A model generated the notes under the pieces. That model made no database searches. It was not told the origin of the DNA and saw only the letters and a program-made list of their open reading frames with translations. A stretch of 63,498 nt of DNA, counting the filler, from Chiloscyllium plagiosum (Eukaryota): NCBI RefSeq assembly GCF_004010195.1. It is 4 parts of one record of this genome, joined end to end, with 100 filler letters (N's around TTAATTAATTAA, not from the genome) between each part and the next. Parts side by side here need not be neighbours in the genome. Positions count along the whole stretch, not along the records: positions 29,555 to 55,248 come from NC_057710.1; positions 55,349 to 59,313 come from NC_057710.1; positions 59,414 to 63,498 come from NC_057710.1; 1 more part is not named here. One strand, given 5' to 3'. Both the position numbers and the translations under genes were made by a program. Of the stretch, positions 51,135 through 63,174 are shown one piece after another. Each line of letters starts with the position of its first letter. Position 1 is the first letter of the stretch.

Positions 51135-52180
51135 ACTGCAATTTCCCTTCATGGTTGAAGATGCCCTCCAACGCATCTCATCCACATCCCGCACCTCCGC
51201 CTTCAAACCCCACTCCTCCAACTGCAACAAGACAGAACCCACCTGGTCCTCACCTTCCACCCTACCAACCTTTGCATAAACTCACATATCCGCCGACATT
51301 TCAGCCACCTCCAAACGGATCCCACCACCAGGGATATATTTCCCTCCCCACCCCTTTCCGCAAAGACTGTTCCCTCCGTGACTACCTGGTCAGGTCCACG
51401 TCCCCCCCCAACAACCCACCCTCCCCTCCTGCCACCGCAGGAATTGCAAAACCTATGCCCACATCTCCCCCCTCACCTCCATCCAAGGCCCCAAAGGAGC
51501 CTTCCACATCCATCAACGTTTCATCTGCACATCCAACAATGTCATTTATTGTATCCGTTGCTCCCAATGCTCTCCTTTACACTGGGGAGACTGGACGCCT
51601 TCTTGCAGAGCGCTTTAGGGAACATCTCCGGGACACCTGCACCAATCAATCCCACCAGCCCGTGGCCCAACATTTCAACTCCCCCTCCCACTCTGCTGAG
51701 GACATGCAGGTCCTGGGCCTTCTCCACCGCCGCTCCCTCACCACCCGATACCTGGAGGACGATTGCCTCATCTTCCGCTTTGGAACACTTCAACCCCAGG
51801 GCATCAATGTGGACTTCACCAGTTTCCTCATTTTTCCTCCCCCACCTTACCCCAGTTCCAACCTTCCAGCTCAGCACTATCCTCGTGGCCTGTCCTACCT
51901 GCCAATCTCCCTTCCCACCTATCCGCTCCACCCTCCTCTCTGACCTATCACCTTCATCCCCACCTCCATCCACCTATTGTACTCTTTGCTACTTTCTCCT
52001 CAGCCCCACACCTCTTCCATTTATCTCTTCACTCCAGAGGCTGCCTGCCCTTATTACTGATGAAGGGCTTTTGCCCAAACGTCGATTTTCCTGCTCCTCA
52101 GATGCTGAATTGCTTTGCTTTTCCAGCACCAGTCTAATCTAGACTCTGATCTCCAACAACTGCAGTCCTCACTTTTGCCT
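51135..52180 (+). mobile_element. Penelope-like element: GIY-YIG endonuclease region and 3' end with hammerhead (52057-52083, G of GAAA missing)
   Basis: CTSNNVIYCIRC...YTGETGRLLAERFREHLRD...VAQHFNSPSH...FGTLQPQGIN. Confidence 0.92.
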
Positions 52181-53829
52181 ATAATGAGGTGGAGAAATAA
52201 TTACAAAAAAATTAAAAATAAGGTGGTGCTGGAGAAAAACCAAATGACTGGAAAACATGATCGTTATAAGAGTCGCATGCCTGCATTGAAGTGTCAGTAT
52301 AGACCACACATTCAATTTTCTGGAGTAGGACTTGTACCTACAAAATTTTGATCCAGTGTTGGGTATTCAATTCACTGAACCACAACTGATAACACGTTTT
52401 ATATTGAATTTGAAAATGAAACAAAATGGTACAATTTATCTCAAAGTAATAATGCAAGTGAATGTTAATTTTAACTGTAATTTTCTCCATTATGGTTTAG
52501 CTTTTTGATTAGATCTGCAATTAAATGTATGCTCTCCATATTTTAAACAAGGTGTAAGCGCTCTGGTGTAATATTCCAGCATCATGTTGAATGCTTCCAA
52601 CTCCACCTGCTGCTCGACCTGCTGCTCATGTTCTGTGTATGGAATCAGTTAGTCACAAGGCATAGAAGAAATTAGCTAGACGATAATTTCACTTTTATAT
52701 ATATATGTATATATAGGTTGTGATCTGGATAATTATTTTAAGTTATGTTATTTATTATTTTTAAAATGAGATCGGAGTTATTGAAAAATTTTGAGCTGCT
52801 ATCAGTCTTGTCTACTTTGTGATATTAGAGCTGATAGAATATAAAATTGTTTTCTTATGTGTTACATCATGCTTTATAGTTCTCCTGAATTCTTTCAGAA
52901 AGCAACTAAATTAGTGGATAAGAATTACCCAGAAGATATGTATCATATGCGCTTTCAGAATTCTATTTGACAAACATTTACGTCACCTGCTGAAATAATT
53001 TGGTAAATTTGATACAATGCTTCAAAAATCAGCTCTTACAGTTGATACACTTTAATATCTTATATTTCACTTTTTATAATACTTTCCTTTCCTTAGCTAT
53101 GGTCTTCACCGATGTTGATCTGATAATCTAGAATTTTCTCTATTTTTTCACCTTTATCTCCTCCATTAAAACCACCTCTTTGAGCTTTTCAGTCATTTTC
53201 TTTATTTTTGTGGGATGTAAGTATGCATTTTATTTGATTATGCCTTGGGAGGTTCTTTTTTATGTAAAAGATATGGCACAAACCCAAGTATCTGGCCTTG
53301 TTTGGGAATTTTAAAGAAGATAAGAACTCATGAACGATGAATTAACTATCTCGTTTGATAGCTGTCTTGACAAAAGGCACCGTAAGAAAAAAAATACTCC
53401 GAATACTTGACAATTATTCCACAGGGGTTTATAAGTAGATTCACACCCATTCCACTATTTATAAATGGTATGAGAGAGAATACTTCAAGCAACATAGTAG
53501 ATTAAGTTATATTTCAGAAGAAAGTGAAAGCATCCAATGGAATGTGAACAGATTGACTATACAGGCAAAGGAATGATGAAAGCACTTGAAATGAAATAAT
53601 TGCATTTTTTTTATATTTATGTCATTTTACATTTTGTTACAAGATATTCATGTTCCTAATTCCCCTCATGAAAGAAACTGAGAGACATAAAAAAGAATAG
53701 TTTAAAGAGAAATAATGATACATATTGCAACTTTGCAACTGAACCACTGAGTGGAGCTACCCACTTAAAGCATAGGCATTGATTTCTGTCTTAATTATAT
53801 TCCTACTGCTCTATTACTATTGCTGTACT

Positions 53830-54230
53830 ATGCTTTGGCCCTCCCTACTGTATGGCAAAGTCAGCTGTGGTGCCACTGCTGTGGCTGCTGCTGCTCCTGT
53901 CACCTGATGGGTCATCTCCCTCATCACTATCCAAAATGGAATACTTGTTTGACAAGCTGACATCTGCAGGGTACTCCAGTACTGACAGCCTGCTCCGTCT
54001 CGCAGTTACCTATCCAACTTCCTGTACTTTGGGTGTGACCACATTTCTATAACTTCTATCTATGATGCGCTACACCATTTGTACTCATTAGTGTCTCAAA
54101 TGCCGATTGAGCCGACCCATTCCTTTGATAAATAGCTGAAACTGGGTACACTTCCTGCAGATGCTGTCACATCTGCAGGTGGAACACAAAACCCCACCAA
54201 CTGACCTGACTAACCCTCTTTTGCCTGTTA
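53830..54230 (-). mobile_element. CR1 ORF1 fragment
   Basis: Antisense-similar to 45200-46100 (ICRKCTQFQL zinc-finger part, WVT/NKYSIL region). Confidence 0.65.
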
Positions 54231-54539
54231 GATTACAAGTTAAATTTTAATTAGCTACGTACAAATTACAGTTATTAATCTCTTACAAATAGTCCCTCTA
54301 TATCTACTCACTACCTAAATTCCCTGTACTAACCAAGAAGTGAACTACCTGCAATCACCCTTTAGAATGGTTGAGACACACTTCCTCTGTACTCCTGTGA
54401 GATTCCTTTACCTGGAGCACAACGTATTCACCACTTTCCTTTTACATTGTTTTATACCATGTTCAGCCCCTGTTCATGGACTGTTTAATGTTGAATTCCA
54501 TCCAATCTATTTCACAGCAAATCTGACTCACTTCACAGT

Positions 54540-55248
54540 ACTCCCAGTCTGCTTCACAGTTGTACTGACTGCAGCACACTGCTCCTGGTCTGCTTCACAG
54601 CAATGCTGACTGATACACACTGCTCCCAGTCTGTTTCACAGCAATGCTGACTGATACACACCGCTCCCAGTCTGTTTCCCAGCAATGCTGACTGCAGCAC
54701 ACTGCTCCCAGTCTGTTTCACAGCAATGCTGACTGATACATACTGCTCCCAGTCTCTTTCACAGCAATGCTGACTGATACACACTGCTTCCAGTCTGTTT
54801 CACAGCAATGCTGACTGCAGCACACTGCTCCCAGTCTGTTTCATAGCGATGCTGATTGATACACACTGCTCCCAATCTGCTTCACAGCAATGCTGACTGA
54901 TACACACTGCTCCCAGTCTGCTTCACAGCAATGCTGACTGATACAGACTGCTCCCAGTCTGTTTCACAGCAATGCTGACTGATACAGACTGCTCCCAGTC
55001 TGCTTCACAGCAATGCTGACTGATACACACTGCACCCAGTCTGTTTCAGAGCAATGCTGACTGATACACACGGCTCCCAGTCTGTTTCAGAGCAATGCTG
55101 ACTGATACACACAGCTCCCAGTCTGTTTCACAGCAATGCTGACTGATACACACGGCTCCCAGTCTGTTTCAGAGCAATGCTGACTGATACACACTGCTCC
55201 CAGTCTGTTTCACAGCAATGCTGACTGATACACACTGCTCCCAGTCTG
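54540..55248. repeat. 41-bp minisatellite
   Basis: CACACTGCTCCCAGTCTGTTTCACAGCAATGCTGACTGATA, about 17 copies, running into a gap. Confidence 0.97.
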
Positions 55249-55348
55249 NNNNNNNNNNNNNNNNNNNNNNNNNNNNNNNNNNNNNNNNNNNNTTAATTAA
55301 TTAANNNNNNNNNNNNNNNNNNNNNNNNNNNNNNNNNNNNNNNNNNNN

Positions 55349-56250
55349 GCCAACATCCACTGCTCTTCCCTCATCAGTCACATTTTTAAAAAATGCAATC
55401 AATTTAGTCAGGCATGATCCGTGCTTCACAAAGCCATGCTGTCTGTCCCTAATTAGGCCTGGCTTTTCCAAATGTGTGTAAATCCTGTCCTATTCCCTAT
55501 CCCAACCATTAATGTGAGACACATCCGTCTATAGTTTCCTGGATTATCCCTATTTCCCTTCTTGAACAGAGGAACAACATTAGCTACTCGCCAGTCCTCC
55601 AGGACCTCTCTAGTGGCTAATGAGGACACAAACATCTTGGTCAAGACCCAAACAATCTCTTCCCCTGCCTCTCTCAATAACCTGAGGTGGACAGCATCAT
55701 ACCCTGGGGACTTATGCACCTTTATGCTCTTTAAGAGACCCAACACCACTTCTTTCCTGATCTCAAAATACCGCAGCATGTTAGCATGCTCCACCCAAAT
55801 CTCACTATACTCCATATCCTTCTCCTGGGGGAATACTGATACAAAGTATTCATTTCGGATCTCACCCACATCCTCAGTCTCCAAGCACAAGTTCCCTCCT
55901 TCCTTGAGTGGTCCTACCTTCTCCCTAGTTAGCCTCTTGTTTGTAATGTATGTATAGAATGCCTTCGGATTCACTTTGACCTGACTTGCCAAGGTCATTT
56001 CATGTCCTCTTCTTGCTGTCCTCATTCCTTGCATGAGTTCTTTCCTGCTTTTTTAACATTCCTTACAGGCCCTGTCTGATTTTAGCTTCCTGAACCTTAA
56101 ATATGCTTCTTTTTGCCCCAGTCGATAAGCCCTCCAGTATGTCCTCTCTGAGTACCGATGTACCATTCTCGCTGATTAGTAACCCTGCACCAGCTCCTTC
56201 GCCACACATTCATCTCTCCGATCTTTCTATTCCTTGCCTCACTAGCACAC
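55349..56250 (-). mobile_element. CR1 ORF2 fragment
   Basis: ORF 55453-56034: NPKAFYTYI...DWRVANVVPLFKKGNRDNPGNYR. Confidence 0.9.
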
Positions 56251-56259
56251 GATACTGGC

Positions 56260-58000
56260 TATATTGGATTTAGTGCTTAGCAATGAACCAGGTCAGGGGT
56301 CAGATCTCTTAGTGATCACAATTCCCTGACCTTTACTATTGTCTTTGAATGGGATCGGAGCAGATGGTATGGGAAAGTATTTAATTGGGGAGGGGGTATT
56401 GCAATGCTATTAGGCAGGAACTATGGAGAATACATTGGGAATAGGTGTTCCCAGGGAAATGCAGGACAGAATGTGGAGGTTGTTGGGACCCATTGTTGCA
56501 AGTGCTGAATAGGTTTGTCCCAGTGAAGCAAGGAAGGGATGGTCGGGTGAGGGAACCTTAGATGTCAAGAGATGTGGAATATCTAGTCAAGAGGAAGAAG
56601 GAAACTTACTTAAGGTTGAAGAAGCAAGGATCAGACAGGGCTCTAAAGGGTTACAAAGTAGCCAGGAAGGAACTGAAGAATGGACTTTGGAGAACTAGAA
56701 GGAGGATTAATGAAAACCCCAAGGTGTTCTACACTTATGTGAGGAACAAGAAGATGGCCAGAGTGAGGGTAGGGCTGATCAGGGATAGCGGAGGGAACTT
56801 GTGCCTGGAGTTGGAGGAGGTAGGGGAGGCCCTCAAGGAATACTTTGCTTCAGTATTCACCTGTGAGAGGGACTTTGTCGTTTGTGAATACAGCATGAAA
56901 CAGGCTGATAAGCTCAAACAGATTGATGTTAAGAAGGAGGATGTGCTGGACACTTTGAAAAACATGAGGAATGATAAGTCCCCTGGGCCCAGACGGGATA
57001 TCTGCAAGGCTGCTACGGGAAGCAAGGGAAGAGATTGCTGTGACTTTGGTGATGATCTTTGCGTCCTCACTGTCCATTGGAGTGCTACCAGATGGTTGGA
57101 GGGTGGCAAAAGTTGTTCCCTTGTGCAAGAAAGGGAATACTGATAACCCTGGGAATTATGGGGCAGTCAGTCTTGTGTCAGTGGTGGGTAAAATTATTGG
57201 AGAGGATTCTGAGAGACAGGATTTATGATTATTTGGAAAAGCCTAATTTGATTAGAGATAATCAGCATGGCTTTGTGAGGGGCAGGTTATGCCACATAAG
57301 CCTTATTGAATTATTTGAGGATGTAGGGAAAGCTGGATGATGAGAGAAATTGAGGGTTTGGTGAAGAAAAAGAAGGAATTAAGAGGGGAATCAGGAGGGC
57401 AAAAGGGGGACATGAGAGAGCTCTGGCAAATAGGGTTAAAGAGAATGCAAAGGGATTTTGCAAACACACTAAGGACAAAAGGGTGACTAGGGAGAGAATA
57501 GGGCCCCTCAAAGGTCAGCAAGGTGGCCTTTGTGTGGAGCCGCAGGAGATGGAGGGGGGAGATACTAAACGTGTATTTTGCAACAGTATTTACTGTGGAG
57601 AACGACATAGAAGATATAGAATGTGGGGAAATAGATGGTGACATCTTGAAAAACATTACTATTACAGAGGAGGAAGTGTTGGACGTCTTGAAACGCGAAA
57701 AGGTGGATAAATCCCCAGGACCTGATCAGGTGTACCCTAGAACACTGTGGGAAGCTGAGAAATGATTGCTGGGTCCCTTGCTGAGATATTTGTATCATTG
57801 ATGGTCACAGGTGAGGTGCCGGAAAACTGGCGGTTGGCTAACGTGGTGCCACTATATTAGAAAGGTGATAAGGACAATCCAGGGAACTATGGACTGGTGA
57901 GCCTCACATCGTTTGTGGGCAAGTTATTGGAGGGAATCCTGAGAGATAGGATGTACATGTATTTGGAAAGGCAAGGACTAGAGTAATAGAGTCATGGAGA
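56260..58000 (+). mobile_element. Two tandem CR1 ORF2 fragments (junction at about 57325)
   Basis: The NPK/KSPGPD/NPGNY motif series occurs twice. Confidence 0.88.
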
Positions 58001-58521
58001 TGTATAGCATGGAAACAGACCNNNNNNNNNNNNNNNNNNNNNNNNNNNNNNNNNNNNNNNNNNNNNNNNNNNNNNNNNNNNNNNNNNNNNNNNNNNNNNN
58101 NNNNNNNNNNNNNNNNNNNNNNNNNNNNNNNNNNNNNNNNNNNNNNNNNNNNNNNNNNNNNNNNNNNNNNNNNNNNNNNNNNNNNNNNNNNNNNNNNNNN
58201 NNNNNNNNNNNNNNNNNNNNNNNNNNNNNNNNNNNNNNNNNNNNNNNNNNNNNNNNNNNNNNNNNNNNNNNNNNNNNNNNNNNNNNNNNNNNNNNNNNNN
58301 NNNNNNNNNNNNNNNNNNNNNNNNNNNNNNNNNNNNNNNNNNNNNNNNNNNNNNNNNNNNNNNNNNNNNNNNNNNNNNNNNNNNNNNNNNNNNNNNNNNN
58401 NNNNNNNNNNNNNNNNNNNNNNNNNNNNNNNNNNNNNNNNNNNNNNNNNNNNNNNNNNNNNNNNNNNNNNNNNNNNNNNNNNNNNNNNNNNNNNNNNNNN
58501 NNNNNNNNNNNNNNNNNNNNN

Positions 58522-59130
58522 CTCTTAGTGACTAAAGTTTGGTGTTGGCTGGTCTCTCAGTGACTAGTTTTAGGTGTTGCATGGTCTCTCGGTGAGTAGT
58601 GTTGGGTGTTGGCTGGTCTCTCATGGACCTGTGTTGGGTGTTGGCTGGTCTCTCAGTGACTAGTGTTGGGTGTTGTCAGGTCTCTCGGTGACTAGTGCTG
58701 AGTGTTGGCTGGTCTCTCAGTGACTAGTGTTGGGCATTGGCTGGTCCCTCAGACACTAGTGTTGGTTGTTGCTGAGAATGTGTTGCTGGAAAAGCGCAGC
58801 AGGTCAGGCAGCATCCAAGGAGCAGGAGAATCGATGTTTCGGGCATAAGCCCTTCTTCAGGAATCAGTGTTGGTTGTTGGCTGGTCTCTCAGTGACTAGT
58901 ATTGGGTATTGGCTGGTCTGTCAGTGACTAGTGTTGGATCGTGGCTGGTCTCTCACTGACTAGTGTTGTGTGTTGGCTGGTCTCTCAGTGACTAGTGTTG
59001 GGTGTTGCCTGGTCTCTCGGTGACTAGTGTTGGGTGTTGTCTTGTCCCTCAGTGACTAGTGTTGGGTGTTGGCTGGTCTCTCAGTGGCTAGTGTTGGGCG
59101 TTGTCTGACTGCTCTGTGACTAATGTTGGG
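58522..59130. repeat. 32-bp minisatellite interrupted by a 90-bp hammerhead-bearing insert (about 58774-58865, -)
   Basis: Unit GGCTGGTCTCTCAGTGACTAGTGTTGGGTGTT. The insert reads CUGAAGAagggcuuaugcccGAAACAUC on -. Confidence 0.93.
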
Positions 59131-59131
59131 T

Positions 59132-59313
59132 AAAAACAATGACTGCAGATGCTGGAAAGATTCTGGATTAGTGGTGCTGGAAGAGCACAGCAATTCAGGC
59201 AGCATTCGAGGAGCAGCAAAATCAACGTTTCAGGCAAAAGCCCTTCATCAGGAATAAAGGAAGAGAGCCTGAAGGGTGGAGAGATAAGCTAGAGGAGGGT
59301 GGGGGTGGGGAGA
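59132..59313 (-). mobile_element. Penelope 3' end with family A hammerhead (about 59221-59255)
   Basis: Reverse complement of 45660-45845; CUGAUGAagggcuuuugccuGAAACGUU. Confidence 0.82.
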
Positions 59314-59413
59314 NNNNNNNNNNNNNNNNNNNNNNNNNNNNNNNNNNNNNNNNNNNNTTAATTAATTAANNNNNNNNNNNNNNNNNNNNNNNNNNNNNNN
59401 NNNNNNNNNNNNN

Positions 59414-59835
59414 CCCTGTACACACTGATACAGTCTCCCCCTGTACACACTGCTACAGTCTCCCCCTGTACACACTGATACAGTCTCCCCCTGTACACAC
59501 TGCTACAGTCTCCCCCTGTACACACTGATACAGTCTCCCCCTGTACACACTGCTACAGTCTCCCCCTGTACACACTGATACAGTCTCCCCCTGTACACAC
59601 TGCTACAGTCTCCCCCTGTACACACTGATACAGTCTCCCCCTGTACACACTGCTACAGTCTCCCCCTGTACACACTGATACAGTCTCCCCCTGTACACAC
59701 TGCTACAGTCTCCCCCTGTACACACTGATACAGTCTCCCCCTGTACACACTGCTACAGTCTCCCCCTGTACACACTGATACAGTCTCCCCCTGTACACAC
59801 TGCTACAGTCTCCCCCTGTACACACTGATACAGTC
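59414..59835. repeat. 25-bp minisatellite with strict 50-bp dimer structure
   Basis: CCCTGTACACACTG(A/C)TACAGTCTCC, with the A and C variants alternating. Confidence 0.97.
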
Positions 59836-60534
59836 AGACTCTAAAACATGTCTGTTATAGGCATAGGGAGAGACTGGGCAGGCAGGTCAATGGTGACTTT
59901 GCTGAGATGATCCTTTTCCTGATCAGAAAACTACTTCTGAATCTAAGGTGCTGAGAGCATGGCAGCAGACAGGAAGGGAGTCAGCTCTAAGAGAGTAAAC
60001 GAGGAGCTCTGAGACACAGCCTGGTCTAATCCATGAGCTGGGTGCCTGGCCCATACACAAAGTATCTCGCGGCAGCGTTGGCTGCTGAAGGGTAGCAGCT
60101 TATTGTAAGTTAATTGGAGACATGCCATGATGATGTAATGAGACTGGTACATGTCTGATGCCAATGTCTATGGATGTGTGGTGCAGCCAGTTGCTGACTC
60201 AGTATCCTGAGACATTGGCACAGTGTGACCAAGATGGAGGTGCAGAGGAGCGAGAGGTGAGCTGGTTTTGCCAGGTGGCCACTGTGCCTTTCCTGTTGGG
60301 AATTCTCAATGTCTCATTTCTATCCAGTGGATGGGAGAATGGGAACCTACACATTGATGAGGAGAGTTGAGGTAATAATGAGGGCGATAGCGAGCAATAA
60401 TCCATGCAAGTAGATCTCTCACCACTCGCTGGAGAATATCTGGTCTTGCTGTGCGTTAGGAATTGGGACTTTTCCCTCTTGTCATCAAGAAAGCCCTGAC
60501 TAGACATCTCGCCTAATTTTTCTAACTTTCTCAC

Positions 60535-60980
60535 CGTGGTTTACCAGGATGTTGCCTGGTATGGTAGAAAGATCGTATTAGGAAAGGCTGAGGCACTTGG
60601 GGTTGTTTTCATTGGAGAAAAGAAGGTTTAGGGGTGGCTTGATCGAGGTGTACAAGATGATTAGGGGTTTAGATAGGTTTGACCATGAGAACCTTTTTCC
60701 ACGTATGGAGTCAACTATTACGAGGGGGCATAGCTTTAAATTAAGGGGGGGTAGGTATGGGACAGATGTTGGGGTCGATTCTTTACTCAGCAAGTCGTGA
60801 GTTCATGGGATGCCCTGCCAGTAGCAGTGGTGGACTCTCCCTTTTTATGGGCATTTAAACGGGCATTGGATAGGCATATGGAGGATAGTGGGCTAGTGTA
60901 GGTTAGGTGGGCTTGGATCGGCGCAACATCGAGGGCCAAAGGGCCTGTACTGCGCTGTATTCTTCTATGTTCTATATGTT
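60535..60980 (+). mobile_element. Young CR1 3' end
   Basis: LFSLEKRRFRGGLIEVYK...TRGHSFKL and TTCTATG tail. Confidence 0.92.
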
Positions 60981-62390
60981 TCCCTGATGATCACTTCTCA
61001 TCCCTTACAGTATTTATCACCTCAACCAATATGTGATACTGGGTAAGGGTTGTTGAGGGAGGTTGCTACCACCAATCCTCGTTTGCTTTGGGCCAGTCTA
61101 TCGATTAGTGGTGGAGGGTACATCACCATTCCGCATCTACAGAAGAGGTACTGCTCTTATATAACATACAGCATTAAGTACGACTACATTCGGTTAGGAA
61201 TAATCACTAGGGCCTTCAGGTACTAGTAAAAATGAATCTGCTCCCACTGAACCTCACGTAGAACTGATTGCTTCTGCCTGCAGACAGTGAGTGACAGTAT
61301 TACAATGGATGGAGCAAATGTAACCCCTTCACAACCATCATCTTGTACTAAGCTAGAGGTACCCTCGACAGGAATTTCAACAAATTAACTTCACCTTCCA
61401 AAACATTGTGTTTGTTCTAGGAAAACGTGAATAATTTAAACACTGTATTGAACACTGTGGCATTTCATTTCCACTCAGAAACCCAGAAAGAGACCATTCA
61501 TTTTCTAATGTATTCCTGCGACCAAATCTGATGTTACTAAATTAGTACAGGTCACCCTTTGAATGGTAATTACTTCAGGTCTGTTTACTAGCTCCTCACC
61601 AGGGGCTTGCATTATCTTATGCTTCAAATGTAATTCCCAGGCTAACAGCTATGTTGCCAAAAGATATGGGTCATGAAATAAGATACTTTTGCAAAATCCT
61701 GTGGGATTGCAACCTCTAGTGTCCTTCGATGATAACTTGTTCCTTCACAACATTCACAGTTGCAAACCTCGTAAATAAACTCAGCCCTAAAATAGTGAGA
61801 GTGTGAATTTGGCCGATTTGTCCATCAAGTCACCACCAAATATGGTTGAATGTTCAAAGATGTCACATGTAGGAGCACTTAAACAGACTAATAGATGATC
61901 ATTATTATGGAACCACCCCTTTAGACCTGAAAAGTTAATTTTACAAGTGTGGATTCTCATTTCTGCACAGGAAGGTTAATGATGTAACTTTATTTTGAAA
62001 GAAAAAGCTGTTTACATTTTCTATTTATCTATTTCAATTTCTTCCCCCTAATTCCACCTGTATTTCACAGTCATCATTTTACCTTCTATACATCATTAAA
62101 AACAAACTTACATTCCCTGCTTTATATTTCCTAGATTGGTCTGTCTATACCTTGGTGCTGGAACTTAAATGAGTAGGTAAGATATGTCTCACTGTTATCT
62201 GCCCTGTCCATAGTTGCATGACACCTATTGTATAAGGCACTATATGGAGACAGTTGGAAATATCCTCTGACAAGCCCATGTATTATCAATGGGTAGTTGT
62301 CAGTGAGGTGAATGACCAGCACCAGTCCTTGGCTACGGAGAACAAATTTGCACAAATACTAATCAAATATCAACAAGGCCAAGTACTGAC

Positions 62391-62516
62391 CTTTGTGGAC
62401 AAGATATCTGGCACGTTAGCTTTGCCCAGTTTCTGGAATTCCTCCATCAGTGTTTTGATCAAGGTGCTATCCTTGTCAGACAACAACCAAAATATTCTCT
62501 CCATGTTATAGGGTTC
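62391..62516 (-). CDS. THNSL2: Threonine synthase-like 2, internal coding exon (126 bp, phase 0-0)
   Basis: Acceptor TCTTATTTCTGTAG and donor AAG|GTCAGT. EPYNMERIFWLLSDKDSTLIKTLMEEFQKLGKANVPDILSTK matches the recalled human VPYNMERVFWLLSGSDSQVTRALMEQFERTQSVNLPKELHSK. Confidence 0.9.
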
Positions 62517-62680
62517 CTACAGAAATAAGACAAGTTCGATCATGTTGTGTGCTAGGAGTCCCATCACCTTGCAATCACAGGGTGGTGGACATGAGTTCCA
62601 ATCCAGGCATGCAGTATAAACATCAAGTCTGACAAAGTGAGCACTGAGTAAGTGTTGCACTGTTGGTATTGGCATCTTTT

Positions 62681-62963
62681 TTTAGATTAGATTAGATTAG
62701 ATTACTTACAGTGTGGAAACAGGCCCTTTGGCCCAACACCGACCCTCCAAAGACCAACCCACCCAGACCCATTCCCCTACATTTACCCCTTCACCTATTT
62801 TTAGCATGGCCAATTCACCTAACCTGCACATTTTTGGACAGGTTAACCCATGCAGACACAGGGAGAATGTGAAAACTCCACACAGACAGTTGCCTGAGGT
62901 GGGAATTGAACCCGGGTCCGTGGCGCTGCGAGGCAGCAGTGCTAACCACTGTGCCACCGTGCC
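62681..62963 (-). mobile_element. HE1-like tRNA-derived SINE
   Basis: GGCACGGTGGCACAGTGGTTAG (A box), GGTTCAATTCCC (B box), CR1-like 3' end and (TCTAA)n tail. Confidence 0.9.
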
Positions 62964-63174
62964 GCTGGGATTCCTGCCCCTTTTACGTTGGTGATGATCC
63001 AACAGGATTGTTTTGAAGATCAAGGTAGTTATTCCTGGTCTCCTGATCAATATTTAGCCCTGAATCAAACTCCTAAAAGTAGATTATCTGGTCATTAGCA
63101 CTTTGCAGGAGCTAGTTTGTAAGCAAATTAGGTGGAAGATAAATAGTAAATTAGCTCAATACAACAAAGAGTTC

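Noticed and set aside
54540..55248. CRISPR-like periodicity (also 58522-59130 and 59414-59835)
   Set aside because: Contiguous tandem units without unique spacers, no cas genes, eukaryotic context.
62890..62963. tRNA gene
   Set aside because: The A and B boxes belong to a SINE head that continues into SINE body and tail.
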